In this document: one piece after another, positions 10,603 through 20,980 of the stretch
Layout of the letters: every line of letters starts with the position of its first letter
Numbering within the stretch: the first letter of the stretch is position 1
Source: an uncultured delta proteobacterium
GTDB taxonomy: Bacteria > Desulfobacterota > Binatia > UBA9968
Length of the DNA: 64,000 nt
Assembly (NCBI GenBank): GCA_963847445.1
Contig: CAWJZV010000022.1
Coordinates: 1 to 64,000, forward strand
Direction: 5' to 3'
Notes under the pieces: generated by a model
Told to the model about the DNA's origin: nothing
What the model saw: the letters and a program-made list of their open reading frames with translations, nothing else
Database searches by the model: none
Position numbers and translations under genes: made by a program

Positions 10603-10988
10603 TGAATATGGAATGCGTCGGTAGCTTCGCCAAACCGCCGCGTGAGATCACGAAAACGCGCCAGTGGAATTTAGTTCGCCGTACGGCCTTTCCTCGGCTC
10701 AAGCAAGTAAACGACTTCAGCCATCACGATGCAGATTCTATCCGGAATAATGTTTTTGCACGTATTTGGAACGATTGGATCGCGTGTTACATTGTTAGTG
10801 ACGGCCATGCCCCACTATGTTTGTCTCATATTGAACAGAAGTCCGCTTCGACCTCAGCCTATAATACACGGTTAGGAAATTGTCTTGATCGATCTGAAAG
10901 TATTTCAAAGGCGATGTCACGCTTCACGGGCCGGGATACCGTTTATTGTCGGTGCCATCTTGGAATAGAACAAGCAGGAGGAAGTAAA

Positions 10989-11246
10989 ATGGATATCGAA
11001 AAAGCCAAATTCAATCCCGCAGCCGGATTTAAGAACCCTCAAGAAGTCGCTTCATGCCAAGAGCTATCGCGCGAACAAAAAATTGAAATCCTGCAGCGAT
11101 GGGAACAGGACGCGACGGCGATGGAAGTGGCGGAGGAAGAAGGCATGCCGGGGCCGCAAGCCAAATTGCTTCAACCGATTCGCGACGCTCTGCACTCCCT
11201 CGACTATTGGCCGGATACTGAGCACTCGGGTCCGAGCAAAGCCTAA
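10989..11246 (+). CDS. conserved small hypothetical protein
   Basis: AGGAGG RBS; MDIEKAKFNP...LSREQKIEILQRWEQDA...AEEEGM. Confidence 0.75.
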   Translation: MDIEKAKFNPAAGFKNPQEVASCQELSREQKIEILQRWEQDATAMEVAEEEGMPGPQAKLLQPIRDALHSLDYWPDTEHSGPSKA

Positions 11247-11384
11247 CACCCGGACTGCAGTATGTGCCACAGAGAATCGAGGGTTGGCGATACTGGAAAA
11301 ATTAAGCGCAACGATTCATTGTCAGATGAATGGATCATGATGATGCACAAGTTTCAACCGCGACGGCCAACAGGAGTTTATCGA

Positions 11385-12650
11385 ATGCGCTTTCATTTCG
11401 CACTGGCGGCACTGACGACGTTGGGGCTGTTGACCCATACCATCGAAGCTGCGGATTATAAGTATCCCTATCGGGACCCGTACTTAGCGACTGCGACCAC
11501 CGCTATTTTGAGCGACGAGGGCGCCACGGCGAGCGTCACGTCGACCATCATCCGTGTGCCTGGGCTGCCCGGCAGAAATAATTTGCCCGATCTCGAAGGA
11601 CGCGGCGACGTGAGCCTTGCTCTGTATCGCCAAAACCGTGCGGCGCCGTTGCTTTTCATCCTCGCCGGCCTTGGCTCCAACCCGTACTTCGGGGTCGGCC
11701 CCTATTTAGCGAGCCTGTTCTATAAACAAGGCTCCCATGTGGTCATTTTGCCCTCGCCGATGAGCTGGAATTTTGCGTTATCGGCCAACCGCAGGGGCGC
11801 GCCGGGTTACGCGCCGGACGACGCCCGGGACTTATATGCGGTCATGCAAAAAACTCTGACGGTCTTAAGAGATCGGCATGACATGACAATCACAACGATC
11901 AATTTCATGGCGGTCAGTCTGGGCGGGCTAGAAGGCGCTTATCTAAGCGTCATCGATGCCGACGAGGGCAAGATCGGCATCGACAAGTATCTTCTCGTAA
12001 ACCCGCCCGTCGATCTCGCTTACGCCGTCAAAAAAATCGATGAATGGAACGCGTTGGCAAGTAAATTCGGCCGGGCGAAATCCCATCAAATCGTGGCGAG
12101 GGCGGTTGCCATCGTCGATTCCTTTGCCGACGTCAGGCGCGACAACCCCGCGGTCTTCGACCGATTGGCAAAGCAGTTCGCCGGCTTCACCACGGAAGAG
12201 CTCCAATTCCTCATCGCCGAGAATTTGCAAAGCCAGCTTCCCGAGCTCGTCTACGTGACCCAGGTCATTCACGATCAGAAGGTACTTAGAGCGCTGAAAC
12301 ACGACAAGAGAAAACGGCTGGAGGAAGCTAAAGATTTCACGTTTACGGATTATACCGAAAAAATCGCTGTGCCCTTGTGGAAAAAACAAGCAGGGAGCAG
12401 CGATGCCGATCGGGAAAAGTACATCCAAGGAGGCTCCTTAGAGCGCATCCTTGCCCGGCTGCGCGGCAATCCTAAAGTGCAGATCATCCACAACGCCGAC
12501 GATTTCATGGTCGAGAGGAAATCCATCGAAGCGCTCAAAGAAGCCTTGGGCGACCAAGTGAAGCTTTATCCATACGGCGGCCATCTCGGCAACCTCTGGT
12601 ACCCGGAAAATAAAGAATATGCTCTGAGATACTTTCGCCCGCGCCCTTGA
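11385..12650 (+). CDS. secreted alpha/beta-hydrolase-fold protein
   Basis: Signal peptide; nucleophile elbow AVSLGG; HNADD; YPYGGHLGN. Confidence 0.8.
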   Translation: MRFHFALAALTTLGLLTHTIEAADYKYPYRDPYLATATTAILSDEGATASVTSTIIRVPGLPGRNNLPDLEGRGDVSLALYRQNRAAPLLFILAGLGSNPYFGVGPYLASLFYKQGSHVVILPSPMSWNFALSANRRGAPGYAPDDARDLYAVMQKTLTVLRDRHDMTITTINFMAVSLGGLEGAYLSVIDADEGKIGIDKYLLVNPPVDLAYAVKKIDEWNALASKFGRAKSHQIVARAVAIVDSFADVRRDNPAVFDRLAKQFAGFTTEELQFLIAENLQSQLPELVYVTQVIHDQKVLRALKHDKRKRLEEAKDFTFTDYTEKIAVPLWKKQAGSSDADREKYIQGGSLERILARLRGNPKVQIIHNADDFMVERKSIEALKEALGDQVKLYPYGGHLGNLWYPENKEYALRYFRPRP

Positions 12651-12755
12651 ATAGGGCGTTGCCGCAAAAACACCTGTCGACTTTGAGGTCATCAGGGCCG
12701 GTCCGACACCCATAAAATTCACGCGCTGTTTTTCTTAGCGGAGGTCAGGATCGCC

Positions 12756-13064
12756 ATGTATTGCGAGGGACCGATCGGAATCAAGGCCGCCGTGCGCCAG
12801 AAGATGGGCGTCGGCGTTGCCCTCGCCGACTCTATCAAGTCGGAGGTCGCATCCGGCGAGTTTAAGATCCTAAAAGTGCCCGGACTAGAGCTAGTGGGAC
12901 AGAGCTATGTCGTTTACTCGAAGAAGCGGCCGCTTTCCTCGATCACGCAAGAGTTTCTTGAAATGTTGCGGAACGAACGGGCGAAGGTAAACGCAACAAA
13001 GCCACGTTCAAAGGTTCAAGGTTCAAAAGTTCAACGTCAGATTTCAGAGAATTCAAATAGTTGA
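12756..13064 (+). pseudogene. C-terminal fragment of a LysR substrate-binding domain
   Basis: IKAAVRQKMGVGV...KRPLSSITQEFLEML without HTH; the tail is translated repeat. Confidence 0.65.
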
Positions 13065-13263
13065 GTCTCCTTGGCAGTAATTTTTCGCGCCTCGTCTTAA
13101 TGTGATTCATTCATCAATCGAGATAGTTTTGTTTGAACTTCGATGAATAAATCGCATCAATTTATGTCCAACCTCGAACCTCGAACCTCGAACCTCGAAC
13201 CTCGAACCTTGAACCTTGAACCTCAAACCTGAACCTCGAACCTTGAACCTTGAACCTTGAACC
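13005..13263. repeat. heptamer-array inverted-repeat element (GGTTCAA arm and (AACCTYG)13 arm)
   Basis: 13005-13036 GTTCAAAGGTTCAAGGTTCAAAAGTTCAACG; 13170-13263 thirteen AACCTYG-type units. Confidence 0.85.
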
Positions 13264-13267
13264 CACG

Positions 13268-14239
13268 CTATGGTTTCCACCCTTGTTTATTCAGCTGGGC
13301 TTCGGCTTGGCGGGCAAAGGTGAAGTCGTAGGCTCGGTTGTTGGGCACGACTTCGTTGACTTCGGCGACCAGCTTGACGATGGCCAGATCGTTTTTCTGA
13401 GTTTCCTCATCGACATGGCCGGCGCTAGTGAACGACTTCGCCATGTCGTCGTACATGCGGCTGACCAGGGCGCGGTCGGATTCGGTGAATTTGACCGCGG
13501 CGGCGATGGCGCCATCACGCTCATTGCGAAAATAACGTAATGCTTTGATGACGGCTCGGGCGAAGCCCAACATTTGCTTGGGCTGCTCTTTGATGAAGCG
13601 GTCGGAGGTCGCGATGGTTCCCCAGGAATTTTTTAACTCCTTGCCCAAATACATGAAGTCTTTCATGCCTTGCTCGACCGCCTGATACCGTTCTTCGGCG
13701 CTGACAATCGCGGCATCGGCGGCGCCGGACATGAGCGATGGCAAGCGGTTGAGCGGTCCCGGGTCGATGAAGATTATGTCTTTGCCGTCGACGCCGTACT
13801 TGGTCGCGAGAATTTGCCGCAACATGAAAGTGCCGAGGGAAGCGATACCGGCGGACGCGACTTTTTTGCCTTTCAGATCGCCAGGGCCGGCGACATTGGG
13901 CCGGGCAACTACCCATTGTAAAACTTGATCGTTGAGCGCGAGTACGGTCTTAATCGGCGCGTTGCCTTTGGAAATACCTACCAACGCGCTGCTGCCGGCG
14001 CCGGAAAACTGCGCGCTGCCGGCCATCACCGCCTGTAAGCTCGGGCCGGACTGCATGTAGGTGAGCTTCATGTCGAGCCCTTCTTCCTTCATGTAGCCGC
14101 GTTCCTGCGCTACCGGCAGAATCGTGTATTGAAAAGCTTTCGCCGTCAGCGCGACGGTGATGGTGTCGGCGCCGAAGACAGTTGAGGAAGGAAACACGGT
14201 CGCGAAAATGAGGCTCAAGACAAATCTGGACTTGCTCAT
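13268..14239 (-). CDS. ABC substrate-binding protein, SsuA/THI5-like
   Basis: Signal peptide; GYMKEEGLD and DLKGKKVA. Confidence 0.88.
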   Translation of the reverse strand: MSKSRFVLSLIFATVFPSSTVFGADTITVALTAKAFQYTILPVAQERGYMKEEGLDMKLTYMQSGPSLQAVMAGSAQFSGAGSSALVGISKGNAPIKTVLALNDQVLQWVVARPNVAGPGDLKGKKVASAGIASLGTFMLRQILATKYGVDGKDIIFIDPGPLNRLPSLMSGAADAAIVSAEERYQAVEQGMKDFMYLGKELKNSWGTIATSDRFIKEQPKQMLGFARAVIKALRYFRNERDGAIAAAVKFTESDRALVSRMYDDMAKSFTSAGHVDEETQKNDLAIVKLVAEVNEVVPNNRAYDFTFARQAEAQLNKQGWKP

Positions 14240-14619
14240 GGGTAAACTCCTTTGCTAATCGAAACTATCCGTCTTTTAGCGCGGCTGCTTAGTTGTTGGC
14301 AAGGCGTTACGCGGGAGGCATTCAAGCGATGGGTATCGCTGCGCTTCATTCATCCTTCGAATTTGTCTAGGCGTATCTCCCGCAAAAGCGCCAAGGCGCA
14401 AAGGTAACAGACCGATGCTCGTCATCCCGTGGGAGGACGAGGAATCAAAGAGAGATTTCTCTCATAGGTCGAAAGGTGCCGGCCCAATCGTCTTACTTGC
14501 GCGTTGAAAGGGCTCGTCCAGTTCACTAAAAACTTTGGGACTGAGAACATGAGGCAGCTGCCCGGCCATCGTCAAAAATAAACTTCAGCCGTTTGGGCCG
14601 ATGTGGTATTCTTAGCGGC

Positions 14620-15252
14620 ATGAAACTAAGCATTGCATTGCTGTTTGCCGTAGCCGGGTTAGCTGGATGTTCCACGCCGAATATTAGCCGGAGCGGTACA
14701 TTACTCTCCGGACTGACCCAGTATCACGCTGATATGCAGTCCCTGAACGGCGTTTCACGCTGGCCGGAACGGCAGCGTGCCGTGGGCTCGTTGAAGACTA
14801 TCATCACTGGCACGGTGGGCGCGTCCCCGGAGTTTTACCGCCTGGTCGATCTCGATCTGCGCAAGCGCGAATTCACCGTGACGATACGCGATACCAATCT
14901 CCGTCCCGACCGGTTGCGCGAGATGCAGGACGAGCTGGTCGCCATGGATGAAGAAATCGCCGCGCTCAAGCCGGTGGTGAAGACGCAACTTTCGGCGGTG
15001 GCGAATTACGAGCAAGGCGACCGCATCGAGAACGCCGCGTCTCTGGGGCTACTTGGTTTGGCCGTCGACAATTTTTCCGCCGCCGCAGCTTCCCGCGGCG
15101 CCCAGGCACCGTCAACCCGAGTCGGTCCATATCTCGTCACCGATTTGGGTGCGTTTTCGACCGTGCGCACGTCCGAGGGACAATCCTATCGCTGCGATGT
15201 ATTCAGTGTGCCCGAAGAGGGCGGTGGGATTAGGTGTGAGCCGGTTAAATAA
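14620..15252 (+). CDS. hypothetical lipoprotein
   Basis: Lipobox LAGC after a hydrophobic N-terminus. Confidence 0.75.
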   Translation: MKLSIALLFAVAGLAGCSTPNISRSGTLLSGLTQYHADMQSLNGVSRWPERQRAVGSLKTIITGTVGASPEFYRLVDLDLRKREFTVTIRDTNLRPDRLREMQDELVAMDEEIAALKPVVKTQLSAVANYEQGDRIENAASLGLLGLAVDNFSAAAASRGAQAPSTRVGPYLVTDLGAFSTVRTSEGQSYRCDVFSVPEEGGGIRCEPVK

Positions 15253-15488
15253 TTAAGAATTGATTCAGTTGTCGGCGCATAATTCGCGATAAACATCCAG
15301 TGATGGGATCTCTTGCACGAGTTTGGACTCTGACATTTCGCTGACTTTCCACCAGCCTTCCAGAAGCTGCGCCGTTTTCTCCTTGCCGTAAACCGGTTTC
15401 CCTGTTTACAAGAATTTGTTTCTGACCTTATCCGCGAGCGCAACCAACATCCCACGCCACGGCGGGAAAATAATGGTTGCGGTGGTCG

Positions 15489-16595
15489 TCATTTCAGCAG
15501 TTCATTAGCCAGTTTGATCGCCTTGGGCCAGAGCTGGGTGAGCACTTCTTCGCTGGAGTTTTCCCGTTTTTGATTATCCTCGAAGCTCAAGAAATCTTTC
15601 GACGCCCGGGTGCCGTATTCCGCCAGCCATTTGGTGTCGACGTCGAGCCGGCGCGTCGCTTGGCCCATCGCCTTGCCATAGGTTTCTTGGCCTTCCTTGC
15701 TGAGCAGCCAATTGACGAAGACTTTGGTGGCGTTGGGGTGGCTTGAGTTTTTCACCACCGATAAGGCGCCGCTGCCGCTGCTGGTGTAGCTGCCTTCCTT
15801 GGCTTCGGGCAGCGGTTTGATCGGCAGGTTGGCTTTGATGAACGGCGCCAGCGTGTAATAGCTGAGGCCGATGGTGATTGCAAAGCGCCCCTTGGCGAGA
15901 CTTTCGCCGAGCAGCCGCTGCTCGCGCGACAGCGTCAGTTCCTGCGCCGCTAGTTTGCGCAGAAATTCCTCGCCCTTGATTTTATAAAAGAACGCCCAGC
16001 TCGAGGTGCCGCCGCCGGCGGAGCGGGGATCGAGGATGCCGATCTTGCCTTTCCATTTCGGATTGAGCAGGTCGTCGAAGCCGCGGTATTCGTCCGCTTT
16101 CACCAGCTGCGTGTTGTGCCAAAAGTTCTCCGACTGGTAGGCCTGAAACGAGTAGAGATATTTCTTGGCGTTGTCCGCCCAGACATGGCCGCCGTACCAG
16201 CGCTTCGGATCTTTTACTTCCGGCAGGATCAGCAACGGTTCGATGGGATCGAGAATGCCGGCGTTCAGCAAATTCAACGGCGTCAACGAGCCGCTGATGA
16301 GTAGGTCGAAGTAGCGCACGCCGGCGGCATGTTCGGCGGCGATCTTGCTGGCGTTGGCCGGGCCGCGACCGGTGGCGAGCTCGATGTCGATGTCGGGATA
16401 GCGCTTGCTAAATGTCTCGTCCAACGCTTTGCGCAGTTCCGCGCTGGCCGGAATCCCGGCGACGACTTTGCCTTCTTTCTTGGCCGCCTCGACGGTCTTG
16501 TCCCAATCGGACTGGGCGCGCGCGGCGCGCGGCGCGCTCATTATAAACGTCAATATGCTGCACAGCCCTGCGATCGTTAGATAGGTTTTGAGCAT
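15489..16595 (-). CDS. ABC substrate-binding protein, AfuA/Fe3+-thiamine (SBP_bac_6)-like
   Basis: WDKTVEAAKKEGKVV, DLLNPKWKGKI, HPNATKVFVNWLLS. Confidence 0.88.
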   Translation of the reverse strand: MLKTYLTIAGLCSILTFIMSAPRAARAQSDWDKTVEAAKKEGKVVAGIPASAELRKALDETFSKRYPDIDIELATGRGPANASKIAAEHAAGVRYFDLLISGSLTPLNLLNAGILDPIEPLLILPEVKDPKRWYGGHVWADNAKKYLYSFQAYQSENFWHNTQLVKADEYRGFDDLLNPKWKGKIGILDPRSAGGGTSSWAFFYKIKGEEFLRKLAAQELTLSREQRLLGESLAKGRFAITIGLSYYTLAPFIKANLPIKPLPEAKEGSYTSSGSGALSVVKNSSHPNATKVFVNWLLSKEGQETYGKAMGQATRRLDVDTKWLAEYGTRASKDFLSFEDNQKRENSSEEVLTQLWPKAIKLANELLK

Positions 16596-16618
16596 TTGTG
16601 TCTCATATGCGCGCGCCT

Positions 16619-16702
16619 GTTCAAGGTTCAAGGGTTCAAAAGTTCAATGTCAGAAGGGGAGGGCGATGTTTGAACCTTGTACCACTCTTGAACTTTTGAA
16701 CG
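16619..16702. repeat. GTTCAA/TTGAAC heptamer inverted-repeat element
   Basis: Same motif family as 13005-13263 and 8786-8847. Confidence 0.7.
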
Positions 16703-16723
16703 GTCTTCAAATAAAGCGAAGCG

Positions 16724-17843
16724 TTATTTGAAGACATCTTCGGCAATCTTCGTCGCAGCCGCCCAATATTTGCCGACGGTTTCTTCGCCGTAGTTTTCCA
16801 AGCGGTTATTTTCTTCGACGGTGAGATAGTCCTTCGACGCGCGCACGCCGTGGGCGGCCATCCATTTGGTGTCGACGTCGAGGCGGCGGGTGGCTTGGCC
16901 CATCGCCTTGCCGTAGATTTCCTGGCCTTCTCTGCTGAACAGCCAGTTGACGAATACTTTGGTCGCGTTGGGATGGGGCGAGTTTTTCACGATCGAGGTG
17001 GCGCTGCTGCCGCAGCTGGTATAGGTGCCTTCTTTCATGTCGGGCAGCGGTTTGACCGGCAGGCCGGCCTTCAAGAAGGGTGAGAACGTGTAGTAGGTGA
17101 GGCCGATGGTGACGGCGATCTTGCCCTTGGCCAGGTTGTCGGCGAGCAAGCGCTGATCGCGCGAGAGAAACATGTCCTGCGCCGCGAGTTTGCGGAGAAA
17201 TTCTTCGCCTTTAGTTTTCAGGAAGAAGGCCCAGGTCGCCGTACCGGCGCCGGGGCTGCGCGGATCGAGGATGCCGATCTTGCCTTTGAATTTCGGCAAG
17301 CAGCAGGTCGTCGTAGGAGCGCGCCTCTTCGGGCTTCATCATCGACGCGTTATGCCAGATGTTCTCCGACTGGTAGACCTGAAAGGCGTAGATATACTTC
17401 TTGGCGTGGTCGAGCCAAACATGGCCGCCGTACCAGCGCGCCGGGTCGCGAACTTCCGGCAGCATAAGCAGTGGTTCTATGGGTTCGAGGATCCCCGCTT
17501 TTAGCAAATTGAACGGCGTCGATGTGCCGCTGATCAATAGATCGAAGTAACGCACGCCGGCAGCATGTTCGGCGGAGATCTTGCCGGCATTGCTAGGGCC
17601 GCGCGACGCGCTCAGGTCGAGCTCGATGCCGGGATAGCGCTTGGGAAATACTTCGGTGATCGCCCTGCGCAACTCGGCGCTGGCGGGAATCGCCGCGACT
17701 ACCTTGCCTTCCCTTCTGGCGGCTTCGAGGGTTTTGTCCCACTCCAGTGTGGAGGAGGGTTTTACTTCACCGGCAAATCCCATCATGGGCGCAAGCGCGA
17801 CGATGAACAGATAGCGAATTAACTGTGGGCAAAAAAATTTCAT
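16724..17843 (-). CDS. ABC substrate-binding protein, AfuA-like, paralog of 15489-16595 (frameshift near 17300)
   Basis: GGAGG RBS; EHAAGVRYFDLLISG shared with the neighbour; two overlapping ORFs. Confidence 0.85.
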
Positions 17844-17969
17844 CCGAACCTCCTTGATGCGAGCTGCGATGTTGCAGACGAAGGTCGCTGCAGAATGACC
17901 CAATCTGACCTGGACGGCTGGTGCTGTCAAGAAATCCCATTGACCTAAGCGGCGCGAGCCAATCGAGGG

Positions 17970-18370
17970 TCATTTAGCGGGGGAGTGGATTGCTATCTCG
18001 ATCGCGGAAGCGAGCAGATGCGTCCCAGGAGAAAATGCAAGTGAGCCCGCCAAGATATTGACGATTATCGATAGGTTCGATGCGATGACGCTGAGACCGA
18101 TGAGCCTTAATCGAAAGATGAACGAAAAAAACACTGTGACTAGGCTGACGATAAGATTGACGACCACCGCGGGAAGCGTCGCGTAGCCAGAGACCGTTAT
18201 CAACAGGGGAAGCCGGAATTCTGCGCCGCCCATCCCGATCAATCCGCCCAGCATGCCGACCGTGGCTCCGGTCGCAAAGGATGGGAATGGCGTTCGTGAA
18301 CTTTCAGCGTTTGGCGACAACTTTTCCTCGGATGCGTTGATCGAAAAGCGGCGAGATGCGGCCCCGTCAT
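17970..18370 (-). pseudogene. truncated TauE/SafE (TSUP) family transporter
   Basis: GMLGGLIGMGGAEFRLPLL N-terminal signature; resemblance ends after NILAGSL, about one-third of normal length. Confidence 0.7.
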
Positions 18371-19467
18371 GAGTGGCGCGGAACAAGGCGTACCGCAGGA
18401 GCTTTGATAACCGCTACGATTTTCTCTTGCAGTTTCAACCCAAGCTCATCCACTGCTTGCCGCGTGACCGAGGAAATGAGTGGAAATCCTACGTCGACTT
18501 TGATTTGCGTCAATGGCCCTGACGGCACGATCTCCAGGATGACTCCCGCAAGGCGGTTGCGCGCGCTGCCGGCGGCGTCACGAAGCTTTTCAAGGAGGAC
18601 ATCTTCGGCGCGAATGCAAACATAGACATCGCTCAAGCTGGGCTCATTTGAGAGGGCGGACAGAGTAACTTCACCGACTCGCACGCTTGCCAGATCGTCG
18701 CCATTGGCGATTACCTTGCCAGAGACGATTGTTTCCACGCCCAGCGAATGAGCTACTTCGATGTCCTCCGGCGCGCTGAACACCTGCTGTGGGTGGCCGA
18801 TCTGGCGCACTTTCCCCCCGACCATGACGACCAACTGATCGCCGAGTGAGAGGGCTTCAGTCCAATCGTGGGTGACGAGGACGGTGGGTATGGCCAGGTC
18901 GTGCAACAATTTGGCGAACTCGCCGCGCACGTGCTTGCGCGTAGGAAGATCCAGGGCCGACATGGGTTCGTCGAGCAGGAGCAGGCGCGGCTCTCGAACC
19001 AATGCGCGAGCGAGCGCCACCCGTTGTTGCTGGCCGCCGGAAAGCTCCCTTGGTTTTCGATTTTCAAGACCGTCGAGTTGCACCAGTTGAAGAATCTTCT
19101 GGAGCTTACTTGCGCGCAGTTCGCGCGCTACTTCCTTCAGCCCGTAGGCAACATTTTGATTGACCGTCAAATGGGGGAAGAGCGCGTAGTCTTGAAACAC
19201 GTAGCCGATGAAGCGTTTCTGCGGCGGTATCATGACGCCGGCTTGGGCGTCGAACCACGCTTCTGCGCCGAAACTGATGCGCCCGGTATTGGGACGCTCC
19301 AATCCGGCCAAGGACCTGAGGATCGTCGTCTTGCCGGCGCCGGAGGGGCCAAAAAGCACGGTCACATGATGACGATCTGCCGGGAACGAAAGCGCAGCCG
19401 TGATGGTTCTTCCGCCGGGAAAAACCTTTTCGACGTCAACGATGACCTGCGAAGTTTGGTTATTCAC
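18367..19467 (-). CDS. modC: molybdate ABC transporter ATP-binding protein with TOBE domains
   Basis: GPSGAGKTT, LSGGQQQR, LLLDEP, C-terminal SARN/TOBE. Confidence 0.9.
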   Translation of the reverse strand: MNNQTSQVIVDVEKVFPGGRTITAALSFPADRHHVTVLFGPSGAGKTTILRSLAGLERPNTGRISFGAEAWFDAQAGVMIPPQKRFIGYVFQDYALFPHLTVNQNVAYGLKEVARELRASKLQKILQLVQLDGLENRKPRELSGGQQQRVALARALVREPRLLLLDEPMSALDLPTRKHVRGEFAKLLHDLAIPTVLVTHDWTEALSLGDQLVVMVGGKVRQIGHPQQVFSAPEDIEVAHSLGVETIVSGKVIANGDDLASVRVGEVTLSALSNEPSLSDVYVCIRAEDVLLEKLRDAAGSARNRLAGVILEIVPSGPLTQIKVDVGFPLISSVTRQAVDELGLKLQEKIVAVIKAPAVRLVPRHS

Positions 19468-19475
19468 GTGTCCAC

Positions 19476-20150
19476 CTAAGGTTTCGGGAACACGCGCCAC
19501 ATCTGATTGTGAATCGAGTAGAGCAATGTCAAAACCGCGAAGGAAAAAATCAGCAACACCAGGCTAGTTTGCCCAGCGGACGCGTAGTCCAATGACTGCA
19601 CGTGATCGTAAATTTCGATTGACATGGTTCGCGTGACGCCCTGGATATTGCCGCCGACCATGACCACGACGCCGAATTCGCCGATGGTGTGGGCGAAGCT
19701 CAACACCAGGGCGGTAATCACGCCGGGAACGGACATGGGTAAAATCACGCGAAAAAAGGTGCCGAGCTTGGAGATGCCCAAGGTCCACGAAGCTTCGATC
19801 AACCGGCGATCGACCGCTTGAAAACCCGCCATCAGCGGCTGGACCGCAAACGGCAGACTGTAGAGTACGGACGCAAACAAGAGCCCGCCGAACGTAAAGG
19901 GCAACCTGCTGCCGAAGACGGTCTCGTAAAGTCGGCCCAGCGGACTCCACGGGCCGATCGCCACCAGCACGTAGAACCCCAGAACCGTCGGCGGCAGCAC
20001 CAAGGGCAAGGCGACCACCGCTTCCGCCAGGAATTTCCACTTTTTCTGCGTGTAAACCAGCCAATAGGCGATCGGCAGGCTGAGCGGCAGCAGGATCAGC
20101 GTTGTCATTAAAGCGAGCTTGAGAGTGATTGCCACGGTGTCCCAGTTCAT
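19476..20150 (-). CDS. modB: molybdate ABC transporter permease
   Basis: LPLVLPPTVLGFY; FAHTIGEFG. Confidence 0.93.
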   Translation of the reverse strand: MNWDTVAITLKLALMTTLILLPLSLPIAYWLVYTQKKWKFLAEAVVALPLVLPPTVLGFYVLVAIGPWSPLGRLYETVFGSRLPFTFGGLLFASVLYSLPFAVQPLMAGFQAVDRRLIEASWTLGISKLGTFFRVILPMSVPGVITALVLSFAHTIGEFGVVVMVGGNIQGVTRTMSIEIYDHVQSLDYASAGQTSLVLLIFSFAVLTLLYSIHNQMWRVFPKP

Positions 20151-20158
20151 AAACCTTC

Positions 20159-20953
20159 CTAGTTGCGCGTTGGCCCTTTGGGGAGAAAGAAGCCGTATTT
20201 CTTAAGTATGGCTTGGCTCGACGGGGACTTGATCCACTCGTAGAACTGGCGGGTGGCGGCAAGGTTGCCCTTGTCGCGGGCCGCCTTCAATATCGCCGCG
20301 CCCTGAGTCATGCGCGGAAAAGTTTCGAGCGGAATCTCCCAGTACTTTCCCCTCACCTTGACGCTTGGCGCCACGGCGATGGCGAGCGCGATGATGCCGA
20401 TATCTGCGGCCCCGGTGTCGATGAACTGAGCGGTCTGGGAAATGTTTTCGCCGAGGACGAATTTGTCCTTGAGCGTGTCGTAGATACCGTAATGCTGGAG
20501 CGCCGACGCGGCCGCCCGCCCATACGGCGCATGCTCCGGGTTGGCGATGGCGATCTTTTTGATCGAGTAATGAAAGAATGCCTTCGACTGGAGTTTCTCG
20601 ACGTCGATGGGAGATTTTACCGGCACCCACGCGACGATCCGGCCGATGGCGTAAGTAAATAGCGTGCCAGGTTCGGTCAGCCCGGCCTTTTCCAACTCCG
20701 CCGGGTACATGATGTCGGCGGAAAAATAGACGTCGAAGGGCGCGCCATTTTTGATCTGCGAGTGAAAGTTGCCGGAGGAGCCAATCGTCAGCTTGACCTT
20801 GTGCGGCGATTGCTTCTCGAACTCGGCGACGATGTCCTTGATCGCAAAGTTTAAATCGGCGGCTGCCGCCACGAGGATTTCAGCGGCCAAGCCCCGACCG
20901 GATGTCCACAAAATCGAGAAAAATAGTACCACGGTGATAAAGAGTTTTCGCAT
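20159..20953 (-). CDS. modA: molybdate ABC transporter substrate-binding protein
   Basis: VAAAADL, GSSG, GAPFDVYFSAD, IANPEHAPYG, LGENISQ. Confidence 0.93.
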   Translation of the reverse strand: MRKLFITVVLFFSILWTSGRGLAAEILVAAAADLNFAIKDIVAEFEKQSPHKVKLTIGSSGNFHSQIKNGAPFDVYFSADIMYPAELEKAGLTEPGTLFTYAIGRIVAWVPVKSPIDVEKLQSKAFFHYSIKKIAIANPEHAPYGRAAASALQHYGIYDTLKDKFVLGENISQTAQFIDTGAADIGIIALAIAVAPSVKVRGKYWEIPLETFPRMTQGAAILKAARDKGNLAATRQFYEWIKSPSSQAILKKYGFFLPKGPTRN

Positions 20954-20980
20954 TTGTTACGCTGGTTGTTAGCTTTTGTT

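Noticed and set aside
10602-10988. N-terminal extension of the 214-aa ORF
   Set aside because: An AGGAGG RBS and the recognisable protein begin at 10989; the upstream part looks non-coding.
13170-13263. CRISPR array
   Set aside because: 7-nt units with no spacers and no cas genes.
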